Origin: Oceanispirochaeta sp.
GTDB lineage: Bacteria > Spirochaetota > Spirochaetia > DSM-2461
Direction of reading: 5' to 3'
DNA length: 64,000 bases
Assembly: GCA_963666275.2 (NCBI GenBank)
Contig: CAXXOA010000001.1
Coordinates: forward strand, 640,001 to 704,000
Shown here: in pieces, positions 1 through 12,300 of the stretch
Layout of the letters: every line of letters starts with the position of its first letter
Numbering within the stretch: position 1 is the first letter of the stretch
The notes under the pieces: model-generated
What the model was told of the DNA's origin: nothing
Databases searched by the model: none
The model's input: only the letters and a program-made list of their open reading frames with translations
Translations under genes and position numbers: made by a program

Positions 1-159
1 AAAATGAGAATAATTCCTCGTAGTCTCGATATCTTTGTGCCCGACAATCTGCTGGACAAGGTAGAGAGGCATCCCTGTAGCAAGAAGTCTGCTATTACAG
101 TAGGAAGAAAAGCTGAAATGGATTCTGTATTCAGCAGAATGAAAGAAATTTATTCTTAA
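1..159 (+). CDS. 3' end of an unknown gene (partial)
   Basis: Open frame from base 1 (KMRIIPRSLDIFVP...RMKEIYS) to TAA at 157-159; no recognisable motif. Confidence 0.45.
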   Translation, partial: KMRIIPRSLDIFVPDNLLDKVERHPCSKKSAITVGRKAEMDSVFSRMKEIYS

Positions 160-163
160 TGAT

Positions 164-203
164 GAAATCTCTCAATCTCAATTGAATGTGGCAATATTGC
201 CAG
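164..203 (+). repeat. Degenerate copy R0 of dispersed direct repeat
   Basis: GAAATC..CTCAAT..AATTGAATGTGG|CAATATTGCCAG matches R1/R3/R4 with internal deletions. Confidence 0.5.
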
Positions 204-237
204 ATTTAACCGCCTGTTCACCAGGTGAACCGATAAA

Positions 238-270
238 TATAATACTACTATATGAACCGATGGTTCATAT
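238..270 (+). promoter_or_regulatory. -10 box followed by a palindromic operator
   Basis: TATAAT at 238-243; ATATGAACC-GAT-GGTTCATAT at 250-270. Confidence 0.5.
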
Positions 271-356
271 TGCATAAGCTTCATGCATTGAGTTGAACTT
301 GTACTATCAGCGGTACTAATCATGAAATCTTGCATATATCACTATTACAATTAAAT

Positions 357-1244
357 TTATACCGTAGCTGTAACATCAAGTTTATCTCTTGCAGGAGTTA
401 TTCCAAAGAGCCGTTTATATTCCCGGCTGAATTGAGAAGAGCTTTCATACCCAACTCTGGAGGCTGCTGAATAAGCCTTTTCTCCTTCAATTTGAATGAG
501 CTCTTTTGCTCTATGCAGTCTGATATTCTTTATATACTGCAAAGGTGATGTACTGGTAACTGCCCGAAAATTATTATTAAAAGCAGATACGCTCATTCCT
601 GCTTCTTTTGCCAGTGTTTGCATCTCAAGTGGATCAGAAAAGTTCTCATTGATGATATTAATGACCCTTGAAATCTGGTATAGATTTCTATTGTTGTATG
701 CCAATTCCTTTAGAAATTCACCATGTTCACCCCGAAGAACCTTAAATATGATTTCTTTAACATAGAGAGGACCGAGTATCTCTGTATCATCCTTTGTTTT
801 TATGGCTTTCAGGAGACGAACGGCTGCATCAATTATCTCCTCAGACATTTCGGCCCGAAACAGGCTATTGCTGATTTGATCCCTGTTGAGAGGAGCCGTA
901 TTCATATCTGTAATGATTTCACCAATAATCTTTGGATCAATTTCTATAACAATTCCTAAAAGTGGTTCACCTGGTTTAATGATGGCTTCACATATTACAG
1001 GCAGAGGTACTGTTACAACAAAATAATTATTTTTGTCGTAAGTATAGATCTTATCTCCAAGATAAACATTCTTTGTCCCCTGAGCCATGAGAATGATTTC
1101 CGGTTTATATACAAGGGGAACTGCTTCATAAGGAGTTTCCCTTCTTATCAGATTAACACCGTTTACACTGGTTTGCATTTTCATGTCTGATGGCAGAAGT
1201 TCCATCAATAAATCCTTCATTGTTTCTATTGTGTAATTCATCAT
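357..1244 (-). CDS. AraC family regulator with AraC_N domain (YqhC-like)
   Basis: QGTKNVYLG and VTVPLPV N-domain; C-terminal HTH SPLQYIKNIRL...VGYESSSQFSREYKRLFG; RBS AGAAAGGA before ATG 1244. Confidence 0.9.
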   Translation of the reverse strand: MMNYTIETMKDLLMELLPSDMKMQTSVNGVNLIRRETPYEAVPLVYKPEIILMAQGTKNVYLGDKIYTYDKNNYFVVTVPLPVICEAIIKPGEPLLGIVIEIDPKIIGEIITDMNTAPLNRDQISNSLFRAEMSEEIIDAAVRLLKAIKTKDDTEILGPLYVKEIIFKVLRGEHGEFLKELAYNNRNLYQISRVINIINENFSDPLEMQTLAKEAGMSVSAFNNNFRAVTSTSPLQYIKNIRLHRAKELIQIEGEKAYSAASRVGYESSSQFSREYKRLFGITPARDKLDVTATV

Positions 1245-1432
1245 AATGTCCTTTCTAATAAAGATTATCTCATATGAGCAATAAATGTAATGAAAATCAC
1301 TCAATAACAAGATTGAATTAGCGGAATAGGCAATTCTAATATCCGAATTGGCATTTTATTGAATCCTCTTTGGCAATACATTTAAGCCAGAAGTTGAATC
1401 CATTCTGTGGTTTCAATGGAGAGGAGAGTTTA

Positions 1433-2827
1433 GTGGCTGAGAGTCTAAGTATAGAACCACAAATCACGAATAGTAAAATAGATATAGAACAGAAGGAGTT
1501 TTTGTTTACCAACAAGAATCTCATTTTTCTGTTTATACCAATTCTCATAGAGTTATTTTTGGAATACGCCGTAGGTTTTGCTGATTCAATTATGGTTTCC
1601 CATGTAGGTGAAGCCGCTGTATCTGGAGTATCCCTGGTAAATTTTATTATGCAGCTTCTTATAAGTCTGTTTGCAGCAATTTGTACCGGTGGTGCAGTGA
1701 TTGCCGGACAATATCTGGGAAAGAAGGATAAAAAGAATTCTATCCAGGCCGCAGATCAGTTGGTCTGGTTTGTCGGAATACTCTCTGCTGTTATTATGAT
1801 TATTACTTTAATGTTGAAATCTTTCATCATAGGAACCTTATTCGGACATATTTCAGAAGAAGTACGGGCAAATTCGGAAATCTATTACAATATAGTCATT
1901 CCATCGATTCCATTTCTTGCCTTGATCAATGCAGGAGCTGCCGTATATCGAACATCCGGTAATTCCAAACTTCCCATGAAAATAATGCTGGGGGTCAATT
2001 CCATCAATGTATTGGGAAATGCCTTCTTAATCTATGGTATGAAAATGGGAACAGCAGGGATTGCCATACCAACACTTATATCACGAATAGCTGGTGCAGT
2101 AATCCTCATTTCCCTTCTTTTGAATAACAGGCTTCCCTTGCATATCAAAAGTGAAATCAGGCATCACTTCGACTTTCCAATGATTGCGAGAATCTTGCGG
2201 GTAGGTGTCCCTTTCGGACTGGAAAACAGCTTGTTTTTTCTGGGAAGACTCCTGGTTCTAAGCTTGGTAGCGACATTAGGAACTCCATCGATTGCTGCAA
2301 ATTCCATTGCACTTACTCTGGCTCTCTTTTCTGTTCTTCCTGGAATGGCAATAAATATTGGAATGACTCCAGTGATCTCCCAGTGTATTGGAGCAGGCGA
2401 TTTTGAGCAGGCACGATTTTACCATAAGAGGATACTGCTTTTTATCTATGTTTCCTTAATTGCAATAAATGCCGTAATCCTGACTTTATTACCGGGGATT
2501 CTCAATGTCTATCATCTGTCTGAAACAACCTACCATCTTACCTATCAACTGGTTTTCTGGCATGGAGTCGTCGCAGTATTAATCTGGCCCATGGCTTACT
2601 CTCAACCCGTGACATTCCGTTCGGCCGGTGATGCCAGATTCCCTATGCTGACAGCGACTATTTCGATGTTCATTTGCCGGATACTCATGTCTTACATCTT
2701 TGTGCAATTTTTTAGAATTGGTTTGTTTGGAACCTATTTAGCAATGTTTATGGATTGGGTCGTTAAAGCCATCATATTTACCGTCCGCTATATTTCCGGG
2801 CGATGGATGCGATTCAAATTGATTTGA
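1433..2827 (+). CDS. MATE family efflux transporter
   Basis: About 12 TM segments; GEAAVSGVSLV, GQYLG, RSAGDARFPM; GTG start at 1433 with GAGGAG RBS (ORF open from 1370). Confidence 0.88.
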   Translation: MAESLSIEPQITNSKIDIEQKEFLFTNKNLIFLFIPILIELFLEYAVGFADSIMVSHVGEAAVSGVSLVNFIMQLLISLFAAICTGGAVIAGQYLGKKDKKNSIQAADQLVWFVGILSAVIMIITLMLKSFIIGTLFGHISEEVRANSEIYYNIVIPSIPFLALINAGAAVYRTSGNSKLPMKIMLGVNSINVLGNAFLIYGMKMGTAGIAIPTLISRIAGAVILISLLLNNRLPLHIKSEIRHHFDFPMIARILRVGVPFGLENSLFFLGRLLVLSLVATLGTPSIAANSIALTLALFSVLPGMAINIGMTPVISQCIGAGDFEQARFYHKRILLFIYVSLIAINAVILTLLPGILNVYHLSETTYHLTYQLVFWHGVVAVLIWPMAYSQPVTFRSAGDARFPMLTATISMFICRILMSYIFVQFFRIGLFGTYLAMFMDWVVKAIIFTVRYISGRWMRFKLI

Positions 2828-2852
2828 AAACTATTAGTTAGAAGGAGTTTAT

Positions 2853-3707
2853 ATGGAATATGTTGAATTAAATAATGGAATCAAAATGCCTATGCTCGGT
2901 TACGGGGTTTATCAGGTGAACCCCGATGAGTGTGAAAGATGTGTTCTGGATGCCATCTCTACTGGATATCGTCTTATTGATACCGCCCAGGCTTACTTCA
3001 ACGAAGAAGGGGTTGGTAGGGCTATTGAAAAATGCGAGGTGCCCCGGAATGAACTTTTCATCACAACAAAAGTCTGGCTTGAAAATTATGGATTTGAGAA
3101 AACAAAAGAATCTGTCTACAGGTCCATGGAGAAACTCAAGCTTGATTATCTGGACCTGGTTCTACTCCATCAGCCTTTCAGTGATTATTACGGATCTTAT
3201 CGTGCACTGGAAGAACTATATCGGGAAGGGGTTCTGAAATCCATCGGGGTTAGTAATTTCTATCCCGATAGATTATCTGATATCTGTGCTTTTACAGACA
3301 TCATCCCACAGGTCAATCAGGTAGAGACAAATCCTTTGAATCAGCAGATTGAAGCCCAGATCAACATGGATAAAAATAATGTACGAATAGAATCCTGGGC
3401 TCCTTTCGGAGAGGGTAGAAGTGGTATGTTCTCCAATTCTGTATTGACGGGAATCGGCAACAAATATGGAAAATCTTCGGCTCAGGTAATCCTCCGATGG
3501 CTTGTACAGCGTGGAGTTATTGCTTTGGCAAAGTCTGTTCGCATAGCGCGGCTGAAAGAGAATTTTGAAATATTCGACTTTGAATTATCAGTGGAGGATA
3601 TGGAAATGATCAAAGCTTTGGATACCCAGACCAGTCTGTTTTTCTCCCATCAGGATCCTGCCACAGTGGATTTTTTTGTTGAACTGATAAAGAAACGGAG
3701 ACAGTAA
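2853..3707 (+). CDS. Aldo/keto reductase (2,5-DKG reductase-like)
   Basis: LNNGIKMPMLGYG, DTAQAY, FITTKVW, DLVLLHQP, IGVSNF. Confidence 0.92.
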   Translation: MEYVELNNGIKMPMLGYGVYQVNPDECERCVLDAISTGYRLIDTAQAYFNEEGVGRAIEKCEVPRNELFITTKVWLENYGFEKTKESVYRSMEKLKLDYLDLVLLHQPFSDYYGSYRALEELYREGVLKSIGVSNFYPDRLSDICAFTDIIPQVNQVETNPLNQQIEAQINMDKNNVRIESWAPFGEGRSGMFSNSVLTGIGNKYGKSSAQVILRWLVQRGVIALAKSVRIARLKENFEIFDFELSVEDMEMIKALDTQTSLFFSHQDPATVDFFVELIKKRRQ

Positions 3708-3717
3708 CGGTAAGAAT

Positions 3718-4386
3718 ATGAAAAAGATCTTATTTACATTTATAGCACTGACCCTATTTCTTTCGTTTGCCGGATGTGAAGAACGTTCCACTAATGAAGT
3801 CCGGAATGAGGCTGAAAGTAATGAAACGGAGAGTTCTATAAACAGTAACATACTCGTTGTCTACTTCTCTATGCCGGAGAGTAGCGGTATTGATGCATTG
3901 GCAGGTGCGAGCAGGGTTGTTGAGAACGGGATTGTTCTTGGAAATACCCAATGGGTTGCAGATCGAATTGTTGAATTAACAGGAGCAACTCAATTTGCTA
4001 TTAAAACAGTACAGGATTATCCCGGAAGTCATAAAGCTCTTGTCGAGCAAGGTACAACAGAGAAGAGAACTAATGCACGTCCTGATCTTAGAACGCATAT
4101 CAGCAATCTTGATGACTATGATGTGATCTTTATAGGTTATCCAATCTGGTGGGCTGAACTTCCTATGCCTCTTTACAGTTTCTTGGAAGAGTATGATTTT
4201 TCTGGAAAGAGAATTATTCCCTTCAGTACTCACGGAGGAAGCCAACTAGCTGGAACAATTGATACCCTTAAAGAAAAACTTCCCAACTCAGAGGTGGTTG
4301 AGAATGCATTCACTGTATCCCGCGATCATGTTCGGGAAAGCAAAGCAAGCATTGCAGATTGGTTGGATGAACTGGGGGTGATATGA
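3718..4386 (+). CDS. Flavodoxin-like lipoprotein
   Basis: Lipobox LSFAGC; ILVVYFS, GNT, IFIGYPIWW, PFSTHGGS. Confidence 0.85.
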   Translation: MKKILFTFIALTLFLSFAGCEERSTNEVRNEAESNETESSINSNILVVYFSMPESSGIDALAGASRVVENGIVLGNTQWVADRIVELTGATQFAIKTVQDYPGSHKALVEQGTTEKRTNARPDLRTHISNLDDYDVIFIGYPIWWAELPMPLYSFLEEYDFSGKRIIPFSTHGGSQLAGTIDTLKEKLPNSEVVENAFTVSRDHVRESKASIADWLDELGVI

Positions 4387-4904
4387 AAAAGAGAATCTTA
4401 ATTGCCTATTATTCACGAAAGGGTCAAAACTATTCTGATGGAAGTATTGTCGACTTGAAGGTTGGTAATACTGAGAAGATGGCAGGTTATATTAAAGACA
4501 TCACCGGTGGAGACCTCTTTGAAATTACAACGGTTAAGTCCTATCCCCTTGATTACACAGAAACGACGAGGGTCGCGCAGAGAGAACTTGATGATAATAC
4601 AAGACCTGAATTAAAAGAGTACCTAACGGATCTGGATGAGTACGATACTCTTATCCTGGGATATCCCAATTGGTGGGGGACAATGCCGATGGCTGTATTC
4701 TCATGTTTTGAATTGGTTGATCTATCTGGAAAAACAATTCTCCCTTTCTGTACTCATGAAGGCAGTGGCTTGGGACATAGTATACAGGATCTGAAATCTT
4801 TTGCGGGTAATGCTGAAATAAAAGAAGGACTGGCAGTACAAGGTTCCCAGGTGGATCAAGCTCAACAAACTGTTAGTCGCTGGTTAAAAAATTTGGAGTA
4901 CTGA
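4383..4904 (+). CDS. Flavodoxin (Flavodoxin_4-like)
   Basis: ILIAYYSRKGQNY, GNT, LGYPNWWGTMP, PFCTHEGSG. Confidence 0.9.
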   Translation: MKKRILIAYYSRKGQNYSDGSIVDLKVGNTEKMAGYIKDITGGDLFEITTVKSYPLDYTETTRVAQRELDDNTRPELKEYLTDLDEYDTLILGYPNWWGTMPMAVFSCFELVDLSGKTILPFCTHEGSGLGHSIQDLKSFAGNAEIKEGLAVQGSQVDQAQQTVSRWLKNLEY

Positions 4905-4937
4905 TTGCTGTCAGCTATAACTTGAAGGATTGGAAAA

Positions 4938-6044
4938 ATGAATAGTATTAAGAAGAACTTTGGATTCGGTTGTATGCGGTTGCCTATGAAAAATGGAGAC
5001 GTCGATTATGATCAGTTCTCTGAGATGATCGATACATTCCTGGGAAATGGTTTTAACTATTTCGATACGGCTCATGTCTATCTTGGCGGGAAAAGCGAAC
5101 CTGCACTGAGGGAGTGCCTGGTAAAGCGATACCCCAGAGACAGCTATATACTGACGACAAAGTTAACACAGCACTGCTTTAATAAAGAGGAAGAGATCCG
5201 TCCTCTGTTTGACCGTCAGTTGAAAGCATGCGGTGTAGATTATTTTGACTACTATCTTATGCATGCTCAGAGTGAAGAAATCTATGCAAAGTTCACGTGT
5301 TGTCGCGGATATGAAATATCAAGGGAGCTGAAGGCTGAAGGAAAGTTCAAGCATTTCGGTATTTCATTCCATGATAAAGCATCGGTACTGGATAAAATCC
5401 TAACAGAAAATCCTTATATCGAAGTGGTTCAGATTCAGCTTAATTATATGGATTTTGAAGACCCTGCCGTACAGAGCAGAGAGTGCTATGAAGTTTGCAG
5501 AAAGCATGGGAAGCCTGTCATTGTCATGGAACCCCTTAAAGGGGGGAATCTAGTCAATCTTCCGGAGCAGGCTGCTCGTTTATTCGATGAACTTCAGGGA
5601 GGCAGCTACGCAAGCTATGCTCTCCGTTTCGCGGCCGGGTTTGAAGGTGTATTAATGGTGCTTTCCGGTATGAGCAATATGGAAGATATGAAAGACAACA
5701 TCAGTGCCATGAAAGAGTTTGAGCCTTTGACAGAGAGGGAGAAACAGACAATAGATAAGGTTTGTGAGGTTTTCAGTTCCATGAGTTTAATCCCCTGTAC
5801 TGCCTGCCGCTATTGTACGGATGGATGTCCAAAGAACATTGATATTCCGAATCTATTTGCATGTATGAATGCCAAGGAACTCTACAACAACTGGAATACC
5901 GATTACTATTACAGTAATGTTTATACAGTCAGAAATGGTAAAGCATCGGACTGTATAAAGTGTGGGAAATGTGAGTTCGTTTGTCCCCAGCATCTGAAAA
6001 TTACTGAATTACTTGCAAATGTTGCCGCAGAATTTGAAAAATAG
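4938..6044 (+). CDS. Aldo/keto reductase with C-terminal 4Fe-4S domain
   Basis: FGFGCMRLP, FDTAHVY; CTACRYCTDGCP and CIKCGKCEFVCP. Confidence 0.9.
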   Translation: MNSIKKNFGFGCMRLPMKNGDVDYDQFSEMIDTFLGNGFNYFDTAHVYLGGKSEPALRECLVKRYPRDSYILTTKLTQHCFNKEEEIRPLFDRQLKACGVDYFDYYLMHAQSEEIYAKFTCCRGYEISRELKAEGKFKHFGISFHDKASVLDKILTENPYIEVVQIQLNYMDFEDPAVQSRECYEVCRKHGKPVIVMEPLKGGNLVNLPEQAARLFDELQGGSYASYALRFAAGFEGVLMVLSGMSNMEDMKDNISAMKEFEPLTEREKQTIDKVCEVFSSMSLIPCTACRYCTDGCPKNIDIPNLFACMNAKELYNNWNTDYYYSNVYTVRNGKASDCIKCGKCEFVCPQHLKITELLANVAAEFEK

Positions 6045-6126
6045 AATGAGATTTGTAATCCCCGGTTTATAAAGTACATTTCCATCATTTGTACTTTGTT
6101 TTCCAGGGGATTACAGCTAATCATGT

Positions 6127-6279
6127 AATATCGAATTCCTGCTCCATTCCAACCAATCCCATCATCGGAATTGAATGTGGAGAGATTGCTACATTCCCGG
6201 CTCGGATATCTTCAAATCCACGTTATAATGATGGTTGCTGAGAGGTTCAGAGTTTAAACCCTACATAAACAAAAGTGCC
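6127..6279 (+). repeat. Long copy R1 of dispersed direct repeat
   Basis: 6141-6279 aligns ungapped to 24205-24343 (115/139 identical by hand count). Confidence 0.9.
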
Positions 6280-6318
6280 ATACCCTGAGCGTCAGTTGGA
6301 GGTAAGGTTTAAATCGGT

Positions 6319-6380
6319 AATATAGAAATCATTCTTAATTTGAATCAATCCTGTCATCGGAACTGAATACGATGGAGAGG
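6319..6380 (+). repeat. Degenerate copy R2 of dispersed repeat
   Basis: AATATAGAAATC...CAATCCTGTCATCGGAACTGAAT..TGGAGAG. Confidence 0.7.
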
Positions 6381-6698
6381 TTATAGGATTCAATATCCTG
6401 CACATCCTTGACTCAGTATTTTCCTTTTTCACCAAACTAGGGAATTTCAACAAATATAATCAAATGTACTACTGGAGCTGTTAATCCTTGTTTCTTTCTC
6501 GAATCGAAAAGGTTTTTTAATGACAAAAAATCTTATAGTTTTAATCTAAATCAACAGGAATAGGTCTGTTCTGTACTACCGTCTTCATGACTATTGTGGA
6601 TGTAAGGCGCTGAACCGATGGAATCTTTGATAAAGATTGATCATATAATGAACCGCACCGGGTTTTCCGGAGACACAATTATGTGAGAGGATTGTGTT

Positions 6699-7927
<1,229 letters not shown>

Positions 7928-8255
7928 AACAGTCTCCGGAATTTCCGGTACGGTTCAAAGCTTATTTTTTTAATATGTATTCTCTTGAACAAAGATTTTC
8001 ATGGTCTCACAGATACGGGATATCTCATTTGTATTGCGTAGCTCTTTGATAAGTAGGATCGGTTGCTTTATTTTCTCCCTTGAGATGTACAAATTTATGA
8101 TATCCTTCACAGGGAGAAAAGGAGTTTCTAGGCTCTAGTTGTCTTTCATTTTCTGGAATGGTGTGATGAATAGTATCTTTGAAAACATCATATGTCCTCT
8201 GGTTCCGGCAAGAAGCGTATTTGTAAATAATCTGGACTAACTCTGAAAATACCGA

Positions 8256-8274
8256 AAGTTTACTTTCCTGTTAC
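8256..8274 (+). promoter_or_regulatory. Candidate response-regulator box AAGTTTAC-N5-TGTWAC
   Basis: Same motif and spacing recur at 15571-15589. Confidence 0.45.
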
Positions 8275-8339
8275 TCTTCAGACAGATATTTCCTTTAGAA
8301 AATACATCATGCGGACTGTTCCGCATCTAATAGGAGATA

Positions 8340-9380
8340 TTGAAAATGAGAAAGGCATTGTTTGCTTTATTAATAACCATAGCAGTAATTTTCACTTCCT
8401 GCTCCGGCGGAAATGACGAATCTCAGGAACAACTGCTGTCCGGACAATCAAAGGATGCTCAAGTCCCTGTCAGGGTGGAAAAAGTAGAGAGCGAATCGTT
8501 CAGACAGTACCAGTCCTATACTTCAGTTCTGAATGGCTCAAATGAAGTTGTAAAAAATTCTGCTCTCAGCGGAGTTATCGAAGACGTCCTGTTTGAGACA
8601 GGGGATTTTGTACAAAAAGATGAAATCGTCCTGACTTTTCCGAAGGAGACCTCTTCCGCTCAGTATTATCAGAGCCGGGCATCATATGAAGCTGCCGAAA
8701 AAACATTCAGCCGTATGAAAAATCTCTATAACAGCAATAGCATTTCCAGGCAGGAATATGAGCAGGCAAAAACTCAGTACGATGTTCAGCGGGCTAATTG
8801 GAAGGCAGTCTCCGATATGGTCGAAGTGAAAGCCCCGGTTTCCGGCTACATCACACTCTTGTCGGTAAATGCATCAGACAGCGTCTCTCAGGGGGACTCT
8901 CTATTTACTATATCCAACTATCAGACTCTTACGGCGACGATTTCGGTTCCGGACCGCTTCATCAAGGATCTATCTGTAGATCAGGATGCGGAAGCCATTT
9001 GGGAGGGCAATACGGTTTTCGGTAAAGTCACTCGTGTCAATCTGTCCAAAGATTCCAGACATAAAGCGTTCACCGTTCAGCTGGCATTCGGCAATCCCGA
9101 CTTCATAATACCCAGCGGCGTCACAGCAAAAATACGTATCAATACTATGATAAATGATGATGTCATTGTACTGCATAGAGATCAATTCCTGACAGATCAT
9201 TCAGGGGCCTATGCTTTTGTGCTGAATAATGGAAAGGCCGAAAAAAGGGATCTCCAACTGGGCCGCCATCATGGATTCTACTATGAAATAGAATCGGGGC
9301 TTACTGAAAATGATATTCTGATTATCGAGGGACTCCTGCTGCTTGAGAATCAATCAGATGTTACGGTCATTAACGGCTGA
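8340..9380 (+). CDS. RND efflux periplasmic adaptor (MFP) lipoprotein
   Basis: Lipobox IFTSC; SGVIEDVLFETGDFV, VKAPVSGYI; start may be ATG 8346. Confidence 0.88.
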   Translation: MKMRKALFALLITIAVIFTSCSGGNDESQEQLLSGQSKDAQVPVRVEKVESESFRQYQSYTSVLNGSNEVVKNSALSGVIEDVLFETGDFVQKDEIVLTFPKETSSAQYYQSRASYEAAEKTFSRMKNLYNSNSISRQEYEQAKTQYDVQRANWKAVSDMVEVKAPVSGYITLLSVNASDSVSQGDSLFTISNYQTLTATISVPDRFIKDLSVDQDAEAIWEGNTVFGKVTRVNLSKDSRHKAFTVQLAFGNPDFIIPSGVTAKIRINTMINDDVIVLHRDQFLTDHSGAYAFVLNNGKAEKRDLQLGRHHGFYYEIESGLTENDILIIEGLLLLENQSDVTVING

Positions 9381-9393
9381 AGGAGGTAAATAT

Positions 9394-12300
9394 ATGTTCT
9401 TATCAGATTTTTCCATAAAAAAACCCGTCATTATTATAATGGGAATCATTACACTGTTTTTATTCGGGCTACTGGCGTATTTCAAAATACCTCTGAGTCT
9501 TATGCCCGATACGAAGGTTCCGTACATCTCCATACAGACTATTTACGGAGGCGCTACGCCTGATCAGATAGAAAAACAGATTACCAGCAAAATAGAAGAG
9601 GAAGTCAGTACTCTCAGCGGTATTGAAACTATCCAGTCCTATAGTATGGACAGCGTTTCCCTCATCACCCTGGAGTTTTCTCTGGATAAAGATGCCGACA
9701 CGGCCAGTCAGGAAGTCAAAGAGAAAGTGGATGCGATCATTGATGATCTTCCGGATGATGCCAATACACCTGTGGTCTCGAAAATGGACCTGACTGCCAC
9801 TGCTGTTATGACTCTGGTTCTGCAGGGGGAGCTTGAGCCATCGGAGCTTTATAAGATAGCCGATACTGAACTCAAAGATAAACTTTCCCGTATTCCGGGT
9901 GTTGGGGATGTAGACGTAGAAGGCGGACAGGAAGAGGAAATCCGCATTGTTTTCAGGAACAATACAGTTTATGAATACAACCTGAACCTTCTTCAGCTCG
10001 GTAGGCTCCTGGATGAAGAGAATAATGCTCTGCCTGGAGGGAATTTTGAAAACGAAGAACAGGAATACTCTGTCAATTTCAAGGGGGCATTCAGGGATCT
10101 GAATGAAATCGCCAACCAGGAAATTCCCACAGAATACGGTTATTTCCCGCTGAACCAGCTGGCATCAATAGAAAAGGGACCGGCAGACATTAAAAAGAGA
10201 ATTACCTACTACAGCGGGATAGAGGGATCAGAAGATAAAAACAGTGTCCTTCTGAGTATTGTCAAATCATCAGATGGAAACTCCGTTGATATCGCCGAGA
10301 AAGTCACCGGAGAACTGGCTGCCATCAACAGCACTCTCCCTGCAGGAGCATCCCTCTCAATTGTCAGCGATGATTCTGTGCTTGTTAAAAATACGGTTAA
10401 AGACACGCAGTCAAGTATTCTTCTCGGTATTCTCTTTACATCACTGGTTCTGCTTTTTTTCCTGCATGACCTAAGGTCCACAATTATCGCAGCCCTTTCG
10501 ATGCCCCTTTCCATCATCCCTACCTTCATCATTCTGAATGCTCTGAACATATCCATGAATGAGATGTCCCTTATGGGGATTTCCACTTCCGTCGGTGTTC
10601 TTGTCATGAACTCCGTGGTGGTTCTGGAAAATATATTCCGCCATAAATCCATGGGAAATTCACCATCCCGGGCTGCGTCCCTGGGGGCAAAGGAAGTAGC
10701 AACAACCGTCTTTGCTTCTACATTGACGAATATCTGTGTTTTCCTCCCTCTGGGAACTATGGGCGGAATTGCCGGTATGTATATGAAAGACTTTGCTCTC
10801 ACAGTCGTTGTATCTACTGTCTTCTCTCTATTGATTTCATTCACACTGACTCCTATGATGGCATCCCGGCTTCTTCCCGCTGAAATACGCAAAAAATCCG
10901 GTTTCGCCTTTAAAGTGGAATCGTTCTTTCATGGCCTGGAAAAGGGATATGAAAAAATCCTCTCATCCATTCTCTTTAGTAAAAAACGGAGTCTCCTTCT
11001 CATTACTGCTACCTTTATTGCCTTTGTGATTGCCCTTGCTGGATTCTCCAAAGTCCCTATAGAATTCACTCCGGTTTCGGACAGCGGTAAAGTCCTTGTG
11101 GAAGTGGAGCTCCCTCAGGATGCGTCTCTCAGTCAGACTTCTGATAAAATCAAAGAGATAGAATCTATCGTGAAAACCTTTGATGAAGTCGACAGGTTTG
11201 TTACAACACTGGGGGGGCTGTCCTCTCTTGATACAGGAACCCATCTGGCAAAGCTGCAGATAGAACTCAAGAACTCAAGGGAAGTTACAACTCAGGAAAT
11301 CACTGAAGATATAGATCTGGCGTTGAAAAATGTAACGAACGCCCGTATCAGGGTAAAAGTTTCGGGGGATAAAGAAATTGATTCTTCAGCAGTCAGCTTT
11401 TACCTTCAGGCGGAAGATATGGAAACCCTGGAAGAGTATGTTCCCCGTTATCTTGAAAAACTGGACGCACTGGAAGAAACAAGAAGTGTCGAATCCAGTA
11501 TAAAATCCGGTAAGCCTGAAATTAATATTTATCCCCACAGGGATAAATTGAGAGATATGGGGATATCCGCGCAGGCTCTTTCTTCCTACATAAGAGCTTC
11601 AATCGACGGAATCGTCATGACAGAACTGGAATCGGGTGGAGACGAATATGATGTGAGAATTATGCTGGACCGGTCTGACATCTCCAGTTATGAAGGCATT
11701 GAAAATATTCCTGTTAAGACCTCTTCAGGTATTTATCCATTGTCTTTCTTTGCTGATATAGAAATTGAAAACGGTATAAGTAAGCTCATGCGTACAAACA
11801 AGCTGCCTACTGTCGAGTTAGTCGGATCCCTGAAAGCCGGGGTGGCCCAGAGTGAGGTTACAACCCAGATAACAGCCATTCATAATGAGATGAACGGCGG
11901 CGAAGTTACTCTGAAATGGAGCTCTGTTTCTGATCTTATGAACGAGTCCACCACTAGTATGGGAATTGCTTTCCTTATGGCTATCCTTCTGACTTATATG
12001 CTCCTGACAGCGGTACTGGGAAAGTTCGGTCAGCCTCTTCTGATCCTCTCCACTGTTCCCTTCTCCCTTATCGGAGTCGTCTCCATCTTTCTGATTACCG
12101 GTCTGGCTATGAATATTATATCCATGCTGGCTATCATTATGCTGGTCGGGATGGTTGTGAACAATGCTATCCTGATTCTCGAGTATACCAATCAGCTCAA
12201 GGCCGGAGGGATGAGTACCAGAGAAGCTCTGCTGAAAGCCTGTCCCACCAAACTTCAGCCTATTCTTATGGCCAATATCGCTACAATTCTGGGAATGCTT

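Noticed and set aside
6390..6640. Possible gene remnant left of the IS3
   Set aside because: No sustained reading frame or recognisable motif
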